Shown one piece after another: positions 36,835 to 43,109 of a DNA stretch of 43,109 nt (the stretch's first letter is position 1; the number at the start of each line of letters is the position of its first letter). A model generated the notes under the pieces. That model was given only the letters and a program-made list of their open reading frames with translations, was not told where the DNA came from and searched no databases. The position numbers and the translations under genes were made by a program. The stretch covers positions 21,931,465 to 21,974,573 of the forward strand of contig NC_068983.1 in the NCBI RefSeq assembly GCF_001194135.2, given 5' to 3'. The stretch comes from Octopus bimaculoides (Eukaryota).

Positions 36835-37112
36835 GGTGTGGATGTGTGGTAAGAAGTTTGCTTCCCAACCACATGGTACCGGGTTTAGTGTCACTGCATG
36901 GCACCTTGGGCATGTCTTCTGCTATAGGCGTGGGTCCACTAAAGCCTTGTGAGTGGATTTGGTAGACGGAAACTAAAAGACGCTCGTCGTATTTATGTGT
37001 GTGTGTATGTGTATGCATGTGTGTGTATGTGTATGCATGTGTGTGTCTGTGTGTTTATGTTTTATCTCCCCACACCGCTTGACAACCAGTGTTCGTGTGT
37101 TTACGTCACTCA
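36835..37112 (+). mobile_element. SINE family B
   Basis: GTGTGGTAAGAAGTTTGCTTCCCAACCACATGG...CACCTTGGGC...GGTAGACGGAAAC. Confidence 0.85.
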
Positions 37113-37217
37113 CTGAGATTGAAAAGATCCTTGAAATTTACAGAAAAACAAAAGATGAAGCACAGGTGTATGAACAACAAGCAGAAGTATTTGTATGACG
37201 CTCGGGAAAATGAAAAA

Positions 37218-37256
37218 GTCTTTTATGTTTCGAGCCTACGCTCTTTAACAGAAAGG
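37218..37256 (-). ncRNA. Degenerate minimal type I hammerhead-like motif (Penelope-associated type)
   Basis: CUUU-CUGUUAA-A-[GAGC GUAG GCUC]-GAAA-CAUA-AAAG. Stems I and II are intact, core positions A6 and G8 deviate, and stem III is ACAU instead of palindromic ACGU. Confidence 0.45.
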
Positions 37257-38479
37257 AATAAGAGAAAATAAACAGAGAATGGAAAAACGTGTAAATTTAG
37301 CGGAAAACCATAACGAATATATATACGAGTACATATATGAGTGTATGTATGTATGTATGTATGTATGTATGTATGTATGTATGTATGTACACACACATAT
37401 ACACATATATACATATGCGTATGTGTGTGTGTGTGTGTCCGTGCGCACATGTGTGTGTNNNNNNNNNNNNNNNNNNNNNNNNNNNNNNNNNNNNNNNNNN
37501 NNNNNNNNNNNNNNNNNNNNNNNNNNNNNNNNNNNNNNNNNNNNNNNNNNNNNNNNNNNNNNNNNNNNNNNNNNNNNNNNNNNNNNNNNNNNNNNNNNNN
37601 NNNNNNNNNNNNNNNNNNNNNNNNNNNNNNNNNNNNNNNNNNNNNNNNNNNNNNNNNNNNNNNNNNNNNNNNNNNNNNNNNNNNNNNNNNNNNNNNNNNN
37701 NNNNNNNNNNNNNNNNNNNNNNNNNNNNNNNNNNNNNNNNNNNNNNNNNNNNNNNNNNNNNNNNNNNNNNNNNNNNNNNNNNNNNNNNNNNNNNNNNNNN
37801 NNNNNNNNNNNNNNNNNNNNNNNNNNNNNNNNNNNNNNNNNNNNNNNNNNNNNNNNNNNNNNNNNNNNNNNNNNNNNNNNNNNNNNNNNNNNNNNNNNNN
37901 NNNNNNNNNNNNNNNNNNNNNNNNNNNNNNNNNNNNNNNNNNNNNNNNNNNNNNNNNNNNNNNNNNNNNNNNNNNNNNNNNNNNNNNNNNNNNNNNNNNN
38001 NNNNNNNNNNNNNNNNNNNNNNNNNNNNNNNNNNNNNNNNNNNNNNNNNNNNNNNNNNNNNNNNNNNNNNNNNNNNNNNNNNNNNNNNNNNNNNNNNNNN
38101 NNNNNNNNNNNNNNNNNNNNNNNNNNNNNNNNNNNNNNNNNNNNNNNNNNNNNNNNNNNNNNNNNNNNNNNNNNNNNNNNNNNNNNNNNNNNNNNNNNNN
38201 NNNNNNNNNNNNNNNNNNNNNNNNNNNNNNNNNNNNNNNNNNNNNNNNNNNNNNNNNNNNNNNNNNNNNNNNNNNNNNNNNNNNNNNNNNNNNNNNNNNN
38301 NNNNNNNNNNNNNNNNNNNNNNNNNNNNNNNNNNNNNNNNNNNNNNNNNNNNNNNNNNNNNNNNNNNNNNNNNNNNNNNNNNNNNNNNNNNNNNNNNNNN
38401 NNNNNNNNNNNNNNNNNNNNNNNNNNNNNNNNNNNNNNNNGGTGACTGCAGCGGCAGTGGCGATCGGAAGGTTAGGTAC

Positions 38480-39180
38480 AGATGATGGTGAGTGCGAGGG
38501 GCCTGTCGCCTGGATTTGATGGTCTACCGTACGAGCTTCATGTTTTTTGCCAGACTTATTTACCTCTTTCTTAGCAGATGTTTATCACAACTGGCAGCAG
38601 ACCTGGAACATTCCAAGTTGTGATAGCTGGGAAAAAGTGGCACTGTTGATGAAGGACGTAAGCAACGGGCGGCGCAGGGCATCAGTGTCAATTACTGGCT
38701 TATAACTCTGCTGAACGCACACTTTAAAATTTTGTTCAAGGCGCTTGCGAAGACATTGGCAGTTACCGTCGAAAGTGTTGTCCCTCGCTCCAATTTTTAT
38801 CAGACCTCTACTGCTAGTAACCTCTGCACGCACAGGTCGTCTTATCGTGGCTAACAATGTGGATATGTACGCTGAGGCTGCGGAATCTGCAGAGATTTCC
38901 GAACAGTGAAGCGATATAATCGTCGTTCGACAGGCATGTCTTTTCAGATCTAGTCTTTTTGACACTGCTGCCATTCTAGGTGAGGCAAAAACCAAAATTG
39001 AGCACAAGATAGCTGAATTATTGTCAGTTGTTCTCAGTTTTCTTCTTGCCGTATAAATGTTTTGAGCGATACGCCTACCATCACGTCATGTTGAGGATTA
39101 ATAATGAGTAAGAGTAGTTACATCCTTGGGGATTCTCTAGACGTCGACAACATCAGCTGCATAATTTATTCCAGATGACT
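38480..39180 (+). pseudogene. L1/Tx1-like LINE RT fragment, heavily degraded
   Basis: PGFDGLPYEL, DLFTSFLADVYHNWQQ, ITLLNAHFKILFKALAK across frameshifts. Confidence 0.7.
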
Positions 39181-39828
39181 TTCGGACCGGAAACTATGAA
39201 CGGCATTACATAATCTTTGGTAGGCAATGCAACATTGAAAAATTACTAGCTCGAAGCAAACCGTACAGATACGGAACTGCTGCCAGCTGGACTTATTCGA
39301 GATGTACATTGAACGACGAAACATTTCTACGCACGCACATTCACTCAATGAATGAACTTTATTGATATGCAGAGGTTGATCGAACAGTAGCTGATGCATT
39401 TAGAACAGATCCGGCTCTCAACAGAATAGGATAACTGCGATTTTGTTTGCAGTATCCGGTTTTCTTCAAATTTTCTTCGTTTATGTAGTCTTGTATGCTG
39501 ATTACGAAAATCATATTCATTTTGACACAAATTCATAATAAACTAGTAATAGATGTGGCTGTATGGTATGAAGTTTGCTTCGCATATGGTCCATTTCTTC
39601 TGGTATCGCCCCAGGTCGACCAAAGCCTTGTGAATGGATTTGATAGACAGAAAGTGAAAAAGGCCCATTGTGTGTGTGTGTGTGTGTGTTTGTGCGTGCG
39701 CGCGCGCACATGTTCCTTATGGATGCGAAAACTGAGATGCCGCTTTTGACGTATGAGTTATCAAAAGATTCAATAATCTTTCGGCTACCAAATAAACTTT
39801 ATTTTCATTTACATATTTGTATTACAAA

Positions 39829-39919
39829 AATTTAACATTTTAATCTATCGTAAATGACAATTTAACATTATAATCAATCGTAAATGACAATTTAACATTA
39901 TAATCTATCGTAAATGACA
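39829..39919. repeat. 30-bp minisatellite, three copies
   Basis: AATTTAACATT(T/A)TAATC(T/A)ATCGTAAATGAC x3. Confidence 0.9.
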
Positions 39920-39950
39920 TTTTATACCACCACCGCTACCATCACGACGT

Positions 39951-40208
39951 CACATTTTATGGGAAGATTTCAAAACAAAAGTATTTCAAGCTGCAAGTTC
40001 GTCAGCGGTATTTAAATCTCATAAATCCAGTGACTGGTTCTCAGATAGATCAGAAGAAATTCATGATCTACTTTTAGAAAAACAAAATTTAGGCAATACA
40101 CTTCTTTCTCAGTCTTTGAACCCCAACTCAGACGAAACTTACAGAAAGCTGAAAAGGAAAGTGCAGACCGCTCTAAGGAAAATTAAACAAGAATGGTGGA
40201 ATGATCGC
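39951..40208 (+). pseudogene. RTE/BovB-like LINE ORF fragment (EN-RT linker), stop-free, no ATG
   Basis: HILWEDFKTKVFQAASS..DWFSDRSEEIHDLLLEK..YRKLKRKVQTALRKIKQEWWNDR, carrying the DWF..EI..LL..K and Q..LR....WW pattern. Confidence 0.7.
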
Positions 40209-40212
40209 TTTA

Positions 40213-40390
40213 TTTGTTGGGGTATTTACGTCCCCTAATTTAGCAGCTCGGCAAAACAGACTGGTAGAATAAGTACCAAGCTATGTGAAAAAAGAGTAAG
40301 TCCTGAAATCGATTCATTTAACTAAAAATTCTCCAAGGCGGTGCTCCAGCATGGCCGCAGTCTAATGACTGAAACAAGTAAAGGATAAAA
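40213..40390 (+). mobile_element. SINE family B 3' half
   Basis: TTTACGTCCCC...GAATAAGTACC...GGTGCTCCAGCATGGCCGCAGTC. Confidence 0.8.
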
Positions 40391-40641
40391 GCTATAACAT
40401 TTTAAATAAGGAAACAAAAACACATTAGATAATGTTGTCGTAAACGTAGTCCGAAAAATAACGGAATGGTCCTGGCTGGTATACCCTTTGATGACAGGTC
40501 AGTTCGATTACGATTGCCTGGTGGAAGGAAGTCAGCCTCAGGTCGAAGAATTCGCCCAAGTACTTGCAACAGAGTGGATTTTGGTAAAGGCTTCCATCAT
40601 ATGACGGTGTTATATCGGGCGTTAAGTTCTATAGTAGTGTT

Positions 40642-41012
40642 AAAGCGGCGACCTGGCAGAATCGTTAGCACACCTTCAAATTCCGCCGAGGTCGACTTTG
40701 CCTTTCATCCTTTCGGGGGTCGATAAATTAAGTACCAGTTGCGTACTGGGATCGATCTAATCGACTGGCTTCCTCCTCAAGAATTTCGGGCCTTGCGCTT
40801 AGAACAGAAAAGAAGCACGCTGAGAAAAATGCTGAGCGGCATTTCGTTCGTCTTTACGTTCACAGTTCACATTCCGCCGTGGTCGACTTTGCCTTTCATC
40901 CCTTTTGTGTGTCGATGAAATAAGAACCAGTTACGCACTGGGGTCGATTTTATCGATTAGCCCCCTCCCTCCCCGAAATTTCAGGCCTTGTGTCTATAAG
41001 AGAAAGGATTAT
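40642..41012 (+). mobile_element. Two head-to-tail SINE family A copies
   Basis: Core GTCGACTTTGCCTTTCATCC occurs near 40692 and near 40882. Confidence 0.85.
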
Positions 41013-41192
41013 ATAGTAGTGTGTTGAGATAATCGTTAAAGCGATGGGAAAATTGTCGTGTAATATCTAATTATGCCTCGTAACGTTAATTAGAATTAAT
41101 CAAAATTAATTAGATTCATACATCTTATTCCAATTTATTAATTTTCAACTTCTCAACCATTTCTTTCACACATTCTTAATCCCTCTCTTTCC

Positions 41193-41249
<57 letters not shown>

Positions 41250-41761
41250 TCCCTCTCTCTTTCCCCCTCTCTCCAGTTTTTTCTGCTGTGAAGTTCCATA
41301 TTCAAAGGTTTTGCATCAGATCTGAAAAAAAAAAAATTAACTTTTTTTTTTATAAAGAAATAAATTTTAATATTCTAGAGATATCTTGATGTTAAAAGGG
41401 CAAAGCTGGTTGGTGTGAGGGGGATAATATTTCAATAACACAGGAAATAAAGTAAAATGAAATATTAAATATTTGAAGTCGATGATTACTTTACGATCTG
41501 CTTCTTGTAATTGAAAATATATCAATGAAACAAATAAACAAACAGGACGAATGTTTAATAAATAAATAAATAAATAAATAATGATTTTTCATATAGCTCA
41601 CAACACAAACGCATATAGATAATCGATAAAATCGATCCCAGTATTTGACTGGTAATTTGTATGGACTCCAGAAGGAGTCAACTTTGGTAGATAGAGTTTG
41701 AGCTCAGGATGAAGAGGGTTTAAACAGAATACGATTGGTTGAGCTGTAGGCAGTTCGCAGT

Positions 41762-42110
41762 TCTCATTATATATATAAAAGTGAGAACGTGTGTCGCTCT
41801 GTCTGTCTGTCTCTGTGTCTGTATGTGTGGATCACTAAAACTCAAGAACTACCCAACCGATTTCATTCAAATTTTACACATGCCTTACATAGGATCCATG
41901 GAGTGTTATAGGCCAAAAGAATTTTCAACTTCTTGCATAATGCGAGGCCAGAGCAATCTCTTATCTCTTACACTATTTCGGTAATATGTGTCAAAAGTGA
42001 AACAATAACATCTCTATTGTAATGTGATATAATAGTTTCACTATTATATGGTTTCAATTTCAATTAGTTTCACTATGTATTTATATACATGTGTGTTTAT
42101 GTATATATTT
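41762..42110 (+). mobile_element. Non-autonomous Helitron-like element (Lep1-type 5' architecture)
   Basis: TC..TATATATATAAAAGTGAGA + (GTCT)n + AACCGATTTCATTCAAATTTTACAC. The 3' terminus was not identified. Confidence 0.55.
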
Positions 42111-42122
42111 TATATACATACA

Positions 42123-43069
42123 TAAGGTGTTTCAAAAAGTTTGATATCATTTCGCAGTCTAATAACTTTGCCAGTTCTTGTTCAAATGACTTCAAATTTT
42201 AACAGCATTTGTAGAAACAGATCAAAATTTTATGCTAAATGTTTGATATGTTTATCTTTTCAGGTATAGAAATGGCATTCACTGGAAGAGAAAAGGCGTT
42301 TTGTGTGTTGGAGTATGCTCGAAGACAGTCGAACAAGACTGTGCAGCGTGCATCTGTGAGAGTTCTCTAAAAAGTCACCAACGGGAATGCAGATTTGGAC
42401 AGGCACAAAAGGCTCAAAGAGGAAGGTTGTCTGTGTAGGGTAAAAAGATCTGGACGACCACTAACATCGGAAGAGACGTTGGAGCAGGTTCGCCAAAAAC
42501 TCTTGCGAAGCCCCAAGAAGTCCATAAGAAGAACAAGTCTGGAAACCCAGATTCTTCCAACGACAGTTTGGCGCGTCCTGAGGAAACGCTTGCTAATGAA
42601 ACATTACAAGCTGCAGCTCGGTAAGGCTATAACGGCAAATGACAAGCGAAAGCACAAACAATTCTGTGTTGATATGCAAGAGAAACTTGAAGAAGCCGAG
42701 TTCAAGGAATGTCATGTTGTCAGTGATGAAGCCACATTTCATACGAATGGCAAAGTCAATAAGCGTAATGTTCGTATTTGGAGCGAAGAAAATCCCCAAG
42801 CCACAGTTGAGCATGAGAGGGACTCACCAAGAGTGAATGTGTTCTGCGCCATCTCCAAGAAGCATCTTCATGGCCCGTTTCTCTTTGAGGGAAATGTAAC
42901 CGATGGTGTGAAATCGTTCATGGAATCCACATACTTCTGAATTTCTCATTCAAATTTCTCGTTCAAGTCTTATGTTGCTCAATATTAAGCCTGTTTAATT
43001 TCATTTGCTTTGACCAAGTATTTTCTGTGATATTTACATCTCAAATGATATCAATTTTTTTGAAACACC

Positions 43070-43072
<3 letters not shown>
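42123..43072 (+). mobile_element. Internally deleted DD41D-like Tc1/mariner with both TIRs, 950 bp
   Basis: TIRs TAAGGTGTTTCAAAAAGTTTGATATCATTT and AAATGATATCAATTTTTTTGAAACACCCTG|TA. Confidence 0.9.
42272..42940 (+). pseudogene. Truncated DD41D-like transposase
   Basis: MAFTGREKAFCVLEYAR (two compensating frameshifts) ...SGRP...RSPKKSIRR...SDEATFHTNGKVNKRNVRIWSEENP...DSPRVNVFCAIS...FEGNVT. The region with the 2nd and 3rd Asp is deleted. Confidence 0.9.

Positions 43073-43109
<37 letters not shown>
43073..43109. repeat. (TA)n at the window end
   Basis: Seen directly. Confidence 0.95.

Larger units (their letters stand above)
10348..38440. other. Assembly gaps (N runs): 10348-10357, 12417-12744, 14687-14696, 15872-16522, 17652-18056, 18761-19064, 21272-21761, 22957-23056, 25434-25459, 26011-26020, 29906-30049, 37459-38440
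   Basis: Seen directly. Most abut microsatellites, as expected for a short-read draft. Confidence 0.98.

Noticed and set aside
39829-39919. 30-bp repeats of CRISPR-like length
   Set aside because: The units are head to tail with no spacers, in eukaryotic context, with no cas genes.
39980-40008. Minus-strand CUGACGA...GAAA hammerhead-like core; similar partial hits near 6657, 9943, 11953 and 21973
   Set aside because: Stem II, stem I or the GAAA segment cannot form in register. The 39980 hit lies within RTE coding sequence.
1-43109. RNA-guided nuclease (Fanzor/TnpB), recombinase, viral or prokaryote-type defence system
   Set aside because: No ORF or degraded frame with the relevant motifs was seen. 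All recognisable coding remnants are Tc1/mariner, L1/Tx1 or RTE. About 3.5 kb is N and cannot be assessed.

Overview
This is repeat-dense, AT-rich eukaryotic DNA with 12 N-gaps. The SINE families, microsatellite load and mariner types look like an octopus (coleoid cephalopod) draft scaffold, which is my recognition and not a database result. I found no intact host protein-coding gene, rRNA, true tRNA or CRISPR array. Most ORF-track entries are microsatellite or N-run artefacts. The window holds degraded transposons: about seven Tc1/mariner copies (DD34D mariner, DD37D and DD41D-like), four fragments of one L1/Tx1-like LINE family, two RTE LINE fragments, piggyBac-type and Tc2-type MITEs, two Helitron-like 5' ends, and many SINE-like repeats from at least six families (labelled A-F here; A, B, C and F have tRNA-like heads). 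The best leads are: (i) two minimal type I hammerhead ribozyme-like motifs at 20521-20564 (+, catalytic core intact) and 37218-37256 (-, core decayed); (ii) a 664-bp foldback element with long imperfect arms at 5521-6184; (iii) a three-level nest, SINE in piggyBac MITE in DD41D-like transposon, whose removal restores the transposase frame; and (iv) two SINE-C insertions with near-identical target-site duplications. I cannot support a novel protein-based system here.
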